Assembly (NCBI GenBank): GCA_964407635.1 | Contig: CAYOWM010000001.1 | Location: 1 to 27,611 of the forward strand | DNA: 27,611 bases | Source of the DNA: an uncultured Flavobacteriaceae bacterium | GTDB taxonomy: Bacteria; Bacteroidota; Bacteroidia; Flavobacteriales; Flavobacteriaceae | Reading direction: 5' to 3' | Shown here: in pieces, positions 8,673-16,887 of the stretch | Position numbering within the stretch: position 1 is the first letter of the stretch | How the letters are laid out: every line of letters starts with the position of its first letter | Program-made: the position numbers and the translations under genes | Notes under the pieces: generated by a model | The model's database searches: none | Seen by the model: only the letters and a program-made list of their open reading frames with translations | What the model was told of the DNA's origin: nothing

Positions 8673-9884
8673 TTATAATTCTAACGCTTTTTCAATTTCG
8701 TTATTCATTAATAGTTCAACTGGATTTTCTAATGCTTCTTTAACAGCAACTAAAAAACCAACCGATTCTTTTCCGTCGATAATTCGATGGTCATAAGATA
8801 ATGCAACGTACATAATTGGCTGAATTACTACTTGTCCATTTACAGCCATAGGTCTGTTTACAATATTGTGCATACCTAAAATTCCGCTTTGTGGAGGATT
8901 AATAATTGGCGTAGATAACATCGAACCAAAAACACCACCGTTAGTTATGGTAAATGTTCCTCCAGTCATTTCATCTACGGTAATTTGTCCTTCTCTTGCT
9001 CGTATTGCCAAGCGTTTTACTTCGCTTTCAATACCTCTAAAAGATAGATTTTCGGCATTTCTAATTACAGGAACCATTAAACCTTTTGGGCCAGAAACTG
9101 CAATGGAAATATCAATAAAATCGTACGCAACTTTAAAATCGCCATCAATCATACTATTTACATCTGGATACATTTCTAAAGCACGTACAACGGCTTTAGT
9201 AAAGAAGCTCATAAAACCAAGAGAAACACCGTGTTTTTCTTTAAATGTTTCTTTGTATTGTTTACGCAAATCAAAAATTGGTTGCATATTTACTTCGTTA
9301 AAAGTAGTTAGCATTGCAGTTTCATTTTTAACCGAAACCAAACGTTGTGCTACTTTACGTCTAAGCATAGACATTTTTTTACGAGCCGAAGTTCGCTGTC
9401 CGTTTACAGCAGGAGTTCCCATAGACGGAACTGCTTTTACAGCATCCTCTTTGGTTATTCTACCATCTTTTCCTGTACCTTTTATCGTTGTAGGATTTAT
9501 ACCTTTTTCTGCCAATACCTTTTTAGCAGCAGGTGAAGCAGTACCAGAAGCGTAGGTTGTTTTTGTTTCTACCGCTTTCTTTTCTTCTTTAGGAGTTTCT
9601 ACTGATTTTTCAGTTGGTTTATCTTCGGAAGTTCCTGCTGGTTTTTTTGCACTTCTATCAATAAGACAAACAACAGCACCAACTGCAACAGCATCGCCTT
9701 CTTCTGCTTTAAGCGTAATAATACCACTTTCTTCGGCAGGAAGTTCTAAGGTTGCTTTATCGGAATCTACCTCAGCAATTGGTTGATCTTTTTCCACATA
9801 ATCACCATCTTCTACTAACCATTGTGCAATTTCTACTTCGGTTATGGATTCTCCTGGTGATGGAACTTTCATTTCTAAAATCAT
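8673..9884 (-). CDS. sucB: 2-oxoglutarate dehydrogenase E2 (dihydrolipoyllysine succinyltransferase)
   Basis: Lipoyl domain ([12 protein letters not shown]), E3-binding [12 protein letters not shown], catalytic SYDHRIIDG. Confidence 0.97.
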   Translation of the reverse strand: MILEMKVPSPGESITEVEIAQWLVEDGDYVEKDQPIAEVDSDKATLELPAEESGIITLKAEEGDAVAVGAVVCLIDRSAKKPAGTSEDKPTEKSVETPKEEKKAVETKTTYASGTASPAAKKVLAEKGINPTTIKGTGKDGRITKEDAVKAVPSMGTPAVNGQRTSARKKMSMLRRKVAQRLVSVKNETAMLTTFNEVNMQPIFDLRKQYKETFKEKHGVSLGFMSFFTKAVVRALEMYPDVNSMIDGDFKVAYDFIDISIAVSGPKGLMVPVIRNAENLSFRGIESEVKRLAIRAREGQITVDEMTGGTFTITNGGVFGSMLSTPIINPPQSGILGMHNIVNRPMAVNGQVVIQPIMYVALSYDHRIIDGKESVGFLVAVKEALENPVELLMNNEIEKALEL

Positions 9885-9954
9885 AATTCTAATTTTTAGT
9901 TTTCCGCAATTTATCGTTTAAAATTGCTTTGTTTATTTTTTAATTTATCTTACT

Positions 9955-12708
9955 TTATTTACTAAATACACAATCAATTACACGTTGATGTCTTCGTTTA
10001 AATCTTGTACTTGAACCAGCTGCAGGTACTGCATAGAAAGGTCTAGAGCATAATTCTAATTTATCTACCATATCAAAACGCTCTAACATATGGCTCCAAG
10101 CACCCATATTTCTTGGTTCTTCTTGAGCCCAAATGTATTTTGTTACCTTTGTATATTTTTTTATAATTTGATTGATTTTTTCTTTATTTAAAGGGAATAG
10201 TTGTTCTATTCTAATTAAGGCAACATCCTCTCGTTGTAGTTTTTCTCTTTCTGCAAGTAAATCGTAATAAAATTTACCCGAAACAAAAACCATTTTTTTA
10301 ACTTTATTTACTTCGATTGTATCGTCAATTACTTCGTTAAATTCTCCTTCTGCCAATTCTTCAATAGTAGAGATTGCTTTTGGATGTCGCAACAAACTTT
10401 TAGGCGTAAAGACCACTAAAGGTTTTCTAAAATCTCGTTTCATTTGTCGTCGTAACAAATGGTAAATATTTGCTGGAGTGGTACAATTTGCAACGGTCAT
10501 ATTATCGGTTGCACAAAGTTGTAAAAAACGCTCAATTCTTGCTGATGAATGTTCGGAGCCTTGTCCTTCGTAACCATGAGGCAATAAAACTACAATTCCG
10601 TTTTGTAATTTCCATTTGTCTTCGGCAGCAGACATATATTGATCGAATATTATCTGAGATCCGTTTGCAAAATCACCAAATTGTGCTTCCCAAATGGTTA
10701 AAGTATTTGGCTCTGCAATAGCATATCCGTAATCAAAACCTAAAACTCCGTATTCGGATAAAAGTGAATTATAAATATAAAATTTTCCTTTATTATTAGG
10801 ATTGGTATCTAAAAGATTAATCCGTTTTTCGGAAATTTCATCTCTAAGAATAGCGTGTCTGTGCGAGAACGTTCCTCTTTCTACATCTTCACCAGAAATA
10901 CGAACATTAAATCCTTCCTCTAAAAGTGAGCCATAAGCCAAAGTTTCTGCCATTCCCCAATCTAAGGTATTGGTTTCAAAAACCATTTTATCACGACCTT
11001 TAAGAATTCGTTCGGCTTTACGAATAAATTTAACACCTTCAGGTACTGTCGAAACTACTTTTGCAATATTTTGCAGTTTCTTTTTAGAATAAGTAGTATT
11101 TACTGGTACTAGCATTCTTTCTAATCCAGCACGTATAAAAGCATCCCAAGTTTTAGCCATAAACGGTTTTACTTTTGATACTTTATCTTGTTTGGACTTT
11201 TCAAATTCCGCTTCAAGCATTGCTTTGAAGTTTGCTGTAATCCCTTTTATATAATCGGCATTTACCGTGTTTTCTGTAATTAATTTTTCAGAATATATTT
11301 TAAACGGATTACTATGTTTTGCAATGGCTTTATATAATTTTGGTTGCGTAAAACGAGGTTCATCACCTTCGTTATGCCCATATTTACGATATCCTAATAA
11401 ATCGATAAAAATATCGCGTTTAAATTTCATTCTAAATTCTAGAGCCATTTCTACTGCATGTACTACTGCTTCTACATCATCGGCATTTACGTGTAAAACT
11501 GGTGATAAGGTTACTTTAGCAACATCCGTACAATAGGTGCTAGATCTTGCATCTAAATAATTTGTGGTAAAACCAATTTGATTATTTACTACAATATGAA
11601 TTGTTCCACCTGTTTTATAACCGTTTAATTGGCTCATTTGTACTACTTCATAAACAATTCCTTGACCTGCAACAGCAGCATCTCCGTGAACTAATATTGG
11701 TAAAATTTTGGAATTATCATTATTATAAACAGTATCTATCTTTGCACGAGTAATTCCTTCCGCAACAGCGTCAACGGTTTCTAAATGCGAAGGGTTTGGT
11801 ACTAAATTCATAATGATATTCGCACCGTTTTGATAGGTTTTATCTAGAGTCAAACCTAGATGATATTTTACATCACCATCGATATGTTGATCCTCAAAAT
11901 CTTTTCCTTCAAATTCGCTAAACAGTTCTCTAACTGGTTTTCTGAAAATATTCGTTAAAGTACTTAAACGACCACGATGTGCCATTCCGATAACCGTTTC
12001 TTTAACGCCAAAATTGTTTGCAGCATTAAATAAAGCAACACTAATTGCAGGGATTAGCGTTTCACCACCTTCTAAGGAAAATCGTTTTTGACCTACATAT
12101 TTTGTTTGTAAAAAGCTTTCAAAAGTTACTGCTTGGTTTAATTTTGAAAGTATGTATTTTTTTGCTTCTACGGTATATTTAGGATGGTTGTCGTTTTCGT
12201 TTAAACGGTTTTGCCACCATTTAATTTCTTCTGGATTACGAATATACATATATTCAATTCCGATAGAATCGCAATATATTGCTTCTAGATGCTTAATAAT
12301 TTCGGCTAATGTTTGGCTACCAATACCTAATATTTCTCCTGCTTCAAACGTTTTTGATAAATCTGCCTTTGACAAACCGAAATTTTCAATATCAAGTGTA
12401 GGAACGTAATGTCGTCTTTCTCTAACAGGATTGGTCTTTGTAAATAAATGACCTCTTGTTCGGTAACCGTTTATTAAGTCAATTACTTTGAATTCTTTAT
12501 GTACATCTTCAGGAATTGCAGTTGTTAATATACCATTTTGTGATTGGTTTTCTTCGCCTTCTAAAGAATAATTAGCGTTTGCAAAATCATATCCTTGAAA
12601 AAAACTTCGCCAACTTGCCTCTACAGCATCTGGGTATTTTAAATATTTTTGATACAGTTCTTCAATAAACTCGGTATGTATCGCATTTAGAAATGAAAAT
12701 CTATCCAT
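9955..12708 (-). CDS. sucA: 2-oxoglutarate dehydrogenase E1 component
   Basis: GMAHRGRL, GDVKYHLG, PNPSHLE, ThDP motif HGDAAVAGQG...NNQIG, WEAQFGDF, LPHGYEGQG. Confidence 0.97.
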   Translation of the reverse strand: MDRFSFLNAIHTEFIEELYQKYLKYPDAVEASWRSFFQGYDFANANYSLEGEENQSQNGILTTAIPEDVHKEFKVIDLINGYRTRGHLFTKTNPVRERRHYVPTLDIENFGLSKADLSKTFEAGEILGIGSQTLAEIIKHLEAIYCDSIGIEYMYIRNPEEIKWWQNRLNENDNHPKYTVEAKKYILSKLNQAVTFESFLQTKYVGQKRFSLEGGETLIPAISVALFNAANNFGVKETVIGMAHRGRLSTLTNIFRKPVRELFSEFEGKDFEDQHIDGDVKYHLGLTLDKTYQNGANIIMNLVPNPSHLETVDAVAEGITRAKIDTVYNNDNSKILPILVHGDAAVAGQGIVYEVVQMSQLNGYKTGGTIHIVVNNQIGFTTNYLDARSSTYCTDVAKVTLSPVLHVNADDVEAVVHAVEMALEFRMKFKRDIFIDLLGYRKYGHNEGDEPRFTQPKLYKAIAKHSNPFKIYSEKLITENTVNADYIKGITANFKAMLEAEFEKSKQDKVSKVKPFMAKTWDAFIRAGLERMLVPVNTTYSKKKLQNIAKVVSTVPEGVKFIRKAERILKGRDKMVFETNTLDWGMAETLAYGSLLEEGFNVRISGEDVERGTFSHRHAILRDEISEKRINLLDTNPNNKGKFYIYNSLLSEYGVLGFDYGYAIAEPNTLTIWEAQFGDFANGSQIIFDQYMSAAEDKWKLQNGIVVLLPHGYEGQGSEHSSARIERFLQLCATDNMTVANCTTPANIYHLLRRQMKRDFRKPLVVFTPKSLLRHPKAISTIEELAEGEFNEVIDDTIEVNKVKKMVFVSGKFYYDLLAEREKLQREDVALIRIEQLFPLNKEKINQIIKKYTKVTKYIWAQEEPRNMGAWSHMLERFDMVDKLELCSRPFYAVPAAGSSTRFKRRHQRVIDCVFSK

Positions 12709-12745
12709 AATTTTTTCGTTACAACTATTGTTGTTTTTAGAAATA

Positions 12746-12753
12746 CAAACTTA
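12746..12753 (-). promoter_or_regulatory. -7 promoter element (TAAGTTTG) for sucAB
   Basis: Plus-strand caaactta, 38 nt upstream of the sucA ATG. Confidence 0.55.
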
Positions 12754-12840
12754 CAATTTTTGTATATAAATTAAATAAAAAATATCTAGTTTATTTTGTA
12801 CGCATTCTCTTTTTCAATTTGTTAAAATTAATAGGCAATT

Positions 12841-13482
12841 TTACGAATCTTTTAAAAATTCTTTTCTACCAATCGTTTTAGTTATAATATCTTTATTTAT
12901 ATCAAAGCCTCTTGCAGGAGAATATTCTCTTCCGTAATAAATTATTTGTAAATGGAGTTTGTTCCACAGTTCCTTTGGAAATAATCTTTTGGCATCTTTT
13001 TCGGTTTGTACTACATTTTTACCAGTAGTTAAATTCCAACGGTACATTAATCTGTGTATGTGTGTATCGACAGGAAATGCAGGAACACCAAATGCTTGAC
13101 TCATCACCACACTTGCTGTTTTGTGTCCAACAGCAGGAAAAGCTTCTAAGTCCTCAAAATTATCTGGAACTTTACCGTTATGTTTTTCAATAATCATTTT
13201 TGATAGACCATAAATTCCTTTTGATTTCATTGGCGAAAGTCCTACTGGTTTAATAATTTCACGAATTTCATCTACTGACAATTTAACCATATCATACGGA
13301 TTATCAGCTTTTGCAAATAATTTTGGTGTTATGGTATTTACTCTTGCATCGGTACTTTGTGCGGATAATAAAACAGCAATTAATAACGTATAAGCATCTT
13401 TATGATCTAAGGGTATCGGAACTTTTGGATATAATTGTTCTAAAGTATTTATTACAAATTCTACGCGTTCTTTTTTGTTCAT
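12841..13482 (-). CDS. nth: Endonuclease III (HhH-GPD DNA glycosylase/AP lyase) lacking the Fe-S cluster motif
   Basis: LLSAQSTD, HhH motif FPAVGHKTA (catalytic Lys), VDTH (catalytic Asp). No cysteine anywhere in the protein. Confidence 0.92.
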   Translation of the reverse strand: MNKKERVEFVINTLEQLYPKVPIPLDHKDAYTLLIAVLLSAQSTDARVNTITPKLFAKADNPYDMVKLSVDEIREIIKPVGLSPMKSKGIYGLSKMIIEKHNGKVPDNFEDLEAFPAVGHKTASVVMSQAFGVPAFPVDTHIHRLMYRWNLTTGKNVVQTEKDAKRLFPKELWNKLHLQIIYYGREYSPARGFDINKDIITKTIGRKEFLKDS

Positions 13483-13499
13483 TTGGTAAATTTATGAAA

Positions 13500-13516
13500 C
13501 AAATGTAGTATTTTAG
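13500..13516. promoter_or_regulatory. Back-to-back divergent -7 elements for nth (TACATTTG, minus, 13500-13507) and bcp (variant TATTTTAG, plus, 13509-13516)
   Basis: Both motifs lie in the 55-bp nth-bcp intergenic region. The bcp motif has one mismatch to the consensus. Confidence 0.45.
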
Positions 13517-13537
13517 CACTAAATAAATCTAAATAAA

Positions 13538-14002
13538 ATGACACATTTAAAAATAGGCGATGTAGCTCCAAATTTTGAAGCTATAAACCAAGATGGAAAA
13601 GCAATAAAATCAAGTGATTTTAAAGGTGAAAAACTAGTTGTATTTTTTTATCCGAAAGCTAGTACGCCAGGTTGTACCACAGAAGCTAAAAACTTACGAG
13701 ATAATTATACAGAATTCCAAAATAAAGGTTATGAAATATTAGGAGTTAGTGCCGATTCGCCAAAAAGACAATTAAATTTTAAAACTAAAAACGAATTGCC
13801 TTTTGATTTATTAGCAGATGAGGATAAAAAAGTAATCACTGCTTTTGGTGTTTGGGGTCCGAAAAAATTTATGGGTAGGGAATATGATGGTATTCATCGT
13901 ACTACTTTTATTATTGATGAAAATGGCGTTATTGAAAACATCATCAAAAAAGTAAAAACCAAAGAACATACTAAACAAATTTTTGATTTTAATGTAGAGT
14001 AA
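13538..14002 (+). CDS. bcp: Thioredoxin-dependent thiol peroxidase (BCP/PrxQ)
   Basis: FFYPKASTPGCTTEA peroxidatic Cys motif, GVSAD, RTTFIIDE. Confidence 0.95.
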   Translation: MTHLKIGDVAPNFEAINQDGKAIKSSDFKGEKLVVFFYPKASTPGCTTEAKNLRDNYTEFQNKGYEILGVSADSPKRQLNFKTKNELPFDLLADEDKKVITAFGVWGPKKFMGREYDGIHRTTFIIDENGVIENIIKKVKTKEHTKQIFDFNVE

Positions 14003-14230
14003 TACCAGTTAAACATCAAAATACGTTATAAATTAGTAATTTTTTCCGTTCTAACTCTTTAAAAAAATTAACTATGGCTATTATTTTAACCTGAATTTAA
14101 TATATCTTTTACAACGGTAATTGCATATAAAACTAATATTATAATATTCGAATAAACGGATAAAATTACACCATATTCAATCAATATAAAACAATCGGAA
14201 CATATTAATAAACTAAAAAACATATAAATA

Positions 14231-14653
14231 ATGGAAGTATTATCAATAGTATTATTAATCATTTTTATAGCACTTGGAGGCATACATTTTTACTGGATTT
14301 TTGGTGGAAAATGGGGTTTAGCAAATGCTCTTCCTACAAACGAGAATGGAGAAAGTGTTTTAAAACCTAATAAATTTTCTACACTCATTGTTGGATCAGG
14401 GTTGACAATATTTGGTATTTTCTATTTATTCAAATCAGGACTTATTAATGTTCAAATACCAAGTTGGATATTAACTTATGGAGGCTGGATTATCTCAAGT
14501 ATTTTTATTTTAAGAGCAATTGGAGAATTTAAATACGTTGGGTTTTTTAAAAGAATCAAACAAACTGATTTTGGGAAAATGGATTCTAAATTATTTTCTC
14601 CTTTATGCCTAACTATTGGTGTAATTGGAATATTAATACAACTAATAAAATAA
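14231..14653 (+). CDS. Small membrane protein, DUF3995-like
   Basis: Four hydrophobic segments plus IHFYWIFGGKWG, RAIGEFKYVGFFK and FSPLCL motifs that I recognise from this family. Confidence 0.75.
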   Translation: MEVLSIVLLIIFIALGGIHFYWIFGGKWGLANALPTNENGESVLKPNKFSTLIVGSGLTIFGIFYLFKSGLINVQIPSWILTYGGWIISSIFILRAIGEFKYVGFFKRIKQTDFGKMDSKLFSPLCLTIGVIGILIQLIK

Positions 14654-14664
14654 AAAATTGGCAG

Positions 14665-14754
14665 TATCAAAGTGCATAGTTAACGGTGGTTTTATACTAA
14701 GTCCTAAACTCAAAATTAGTACAAAACTACCACTACATACACAAACCGTTGATA
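14665..14754 (+). repeat. Imperfect ~90-nt hairpin (attC-like, flavobacterial cassette-type repeat), degenerate
   Basis: Inner stem 14685-14700 pairs with 14716-14731 (14 Watson-Crick, 1 G:U, 1 mismatch). Outer TATCAA (14665-14670) pairs with TTGATA (14749-14754). It starts 12 nt after the stop codon. Confidence 0.55.
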
Positions 14755-14816
14755 ACGTTTATTTTTAATCTAGGTATTTTACTTGTATAAAATTTAACCA
14801 ATTATTTTAATAATCC

Positions 14817-16538
14817 CTATTTTTTTATAAATTGCTTGGTGTAAATTTTCTTATCGGAATACAATCTAAGTGTATAAACACCTGAACTTAATTCAAAAAC
14901 AGGAAAAGAATACATATTACTTAACTCGTTATCATCTATTTTTAAGTAATACATAATTTGCCCTAACTCGTTTATTACGGCGTAACCTCTAATTTTTTCA
15001 TTTGGATTATTTAATTTTGCTGTCATATATATATTATCCGAAGGGTTTGGAAATAGCACAAAACCTTTTTTTAAGGTAGAGTCGTTTACTCCTGCATTTG
15101 GATCTACCACAACAAATTGTCCCATCATTCCTCCATCTTCGTGTGTTAACATATGACAATGATACATATACGGAATAGCATCGTCTGCAAAATCGGTAAA
15201 TTTGGTAACTACTTTAAGTTGTCCTCCACCTGCAGGAACTAAAAAGGTGTCTTTCCAACCTTGTGCTGTTGGAGGTGGTGTAGCACCATTAACCGATATA
15301 ATATTAAACTGAATATCATGAATATGAAACGGATGTGCAATTGCTGAATTATTACTAATTGTCCAAACTTCGGTATTATCTAGAGGTACGGTTACGTTAA
15401 TAGTATTCATATCTAAACTTGCTCCGTTAATAACAAAATCGCCATTTAATTGATTAAAACCACCTTGAACTGGTTGCAAACTAAACGAACGTTGTGCGTC
15501 TGCATTTGCTTCTAAATATGGTGTAATCGTTACTAAATTACTAGGTATTGCAGTAACAGGATTTGCAGTTTGTGCAACTACATTAATTTGTAAAATATTA
15601 AAATTTGCTCCGTTTAAAGGGTTTGGATTGTAATTTGTCAAAGGCATATTTGGATTCATTCCTGGTGCTGTTCCTCCGTAAATTCCGTTTCCAAATTCCG
15701 ATGCATAACTCATTAAATAAATGGTTTGCCCTTCCATTCCAGATAAATCTACTAATATTTCAGAACGTTCCCCTGATGCTAATTGCAATCTAGTAGTAAA
15801 TAAAGGCATTTCACGTAAACCACCATCTGTTGCTATTTGATAGAAACTTTTGTTCGCTGTAAATCCAAAACGCATAACACGTTGTGTAGAACCGTTAAGC
15901 AAACGAAGTCGTACTACTTGTGCTGGCATTTCTACATACGGATCAACCGTTGCGTTTACCATAATCGTATCGTCGTTATTAGAATGGTTTACAATTTGAT
16001 AATTTGCATCAAAATCTTTTGTTTGTACTACTAACGGAAAGTCATCTACACCATAAGTTCTTGGTAAATTTAAGGCTGCTTCCTCTGGATCTTTAATAAT
16101 AATTAATCCTGCAATTCCTTTACTTACATGTTCATCGGTATGTGTGTCTAAATGCGGATGATACCACATAGTAGATGCATTGTTTAAAACAGTAAATTGC
16201 GGATTCCAAGTTGTTCCTGGAGCAATAACAGTATGTGGACCACCATCGTTTGAAGCAGAAATATGCATTCCATGCCAATGTATGGTTGTTGGTTGCCCTA
16301 AATTATTGGTTACATTAATATTTACATTAGAGCCTTTTTGCATAATTAAAGTTGGTCCTAAAATATTTCCGTTTGCTCCCATCGTAGCGGTATCATGTCC
16401 TGAAAAAAACTGGTGCGTTCCGTTTTGCAAGGTCAAATTTATATTCGTATCGGTTATTGTTGGCGGAATTGCTAATTGGTTTTGAGCTTGGGATACGTAC
16501 ATAAAACCAAGCAATATAAAGAATATGTTTTTTTTCAT
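14817..16538 (-). CDS. Three-domain multicopper oxidase with signal peptide and T9SS C-terminal sorting domain
   Basis: Copper motifs HWHG, WYHPH, HPFHIHD and YHCHMLTHEDGGMM; N-terminal MKKNIFFILLGFMYVSQA; C-terminal LFPNPS...LSSGVYTLRL...TKQFIKK. Confidence 0.93.
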   Translation of the reverse strand: MKKNIFFILLGFMYVSQAQNQLAIPPTITDTNINLTLQNGTHQFFSGHDTATMGANGNILGPTLIMQKGSNVNINVTNNLGQPTTIHWHGMHISASNDGGPHTVIAPGTTWNPQFTVLNNASTMWYHPHLDTHTDEHVSKGIAGLIIIKDPEEAALNLPRTYGVDDFPLVVQTKDFDANYQIVNHSNNDDTIMVNATVDPYVEMPAQVVRLRLLNGSTQRVMRFGFTANKSFYQIATDGGLREMPLFTTRLQLASGERSEILVDLSGMEGQTIYLMSYASEFGNGIYGGTAPGMNPNMPLTNYNPNPLNGANFNILQINVVAQTANPVTAIPSNLVTITPYLEANADAQRSFSLQPVQGGFNQLNGDFVINGASLDMNTINVTVPLDNTEVWTISNNSAIAHPFHIHDIQFNIISVNGATPPPTAQGWKDTFLVPAGGGQLKVVTKFTDFADDAIPYMYHCHMLTHEDGGMMGQFVVVDPNAGVNDSTLKKGFVLFPNPSDNIYMTAKLNNPNEKIRGYAVINELGQIMYYLKIDDNELSNMYSFPVFELSSGVYTLRLYSDKKIYTKQFIKK

Positions 16539-16619
16539 AATTATACGATTAAAATTCCGCTAAGATACGCAAAAAAATATTTTTTATTGTAATAAAAGTT
16601 ACTCTAAAAAAGTGGAGTT

Positions 16620-16835
16620 TTACTTTTTTAGTACTGCTTTTCTTTTTTTCTTTTTTTCTAATAAAATATCCTCTTGTTCTAATAAACGCAAACCAAAAAC
16701 CATTACATCAGAGGCAGAAGAGAATCTACCTGTAGCTATTTGTTCTTTTATAAAAGCTCTATAATATAAACTTAAATTTACGGAAGTTTTTTTCTTTACT
16801 TCTCTTACTCTTTTTTTCTTTTGTTTTATTTCCAT
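16620..16835 (-). CDS. Orphan ParD-like (ribbon-helix-helix) antitoxin-family protein, Lys/Arg-rich, 71 aa
   Basis: TSVNL...FIKEQIATGRFSSASDVMVFGLRLLE matches the ParD/CC2985-type RHH pattern (G-R-[YF]-x-S-A-S-[ED]-V...LRLLE). The start is moved to the ATG at 16835 because a full promoter lies just upstream. Confidence 0.75.
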   Translation of the reverse strand: MEIKQKKKRVREVKKKTSVNLSLYYRAFIKEQIATGRFSSASDVMVFGLRLLEQEDILLEKKKKRKAVLKK

Positions 16836-16853
16836 TACGCTCTTTTTCAAGCA

Positions 16854-16884
16854 CAAAAGTAAAAAAATAAACCATACTAACAAA
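16854..16884 (-). promoter_or_regulatory. Canonical Bacteroidota promoter TTTG-N19-TACTTTTG for the ParD-like gene
   Basis: Plus-strand caaa at 16881-16884 and caaaagta at 16854-16861, with a 19-nt spacer. Confidence 0.65.
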
Positions 16885-16887
16885 TAA

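Noticed and set aside
9907-9928. Small GCAATTT/AAATTGC inverted repeat between sucA and sucB
   Set aside because: A 7-bp AT-rich stem consistent with an ordinary intercistronic hairpin; nothing distinctive.
173-13508. Many alternative-frame or antisense ORFs in the track (e.g. 173..496, 1322..1546, 1997..2356, 3421..3603, 5461..5706, 8866..9555, 10470..10721, 11267..11536, 12152..12409, 13311..13508)
   Set aside because: They lie within or almost entirely overlap well-supported genes, lack recognisable motifs, and have the Ser/Ile/Phe-rich composition of shadow ORFs. The long 8866..9555 ORF is the antisense mirror of sucB.
14086-14283. 65-aa minus-strand ORF overlapping the DUF3995 start
   Set aside because: Low-complexity AT-rich translation with no motif; it overlaps a better-supported gene head to head.
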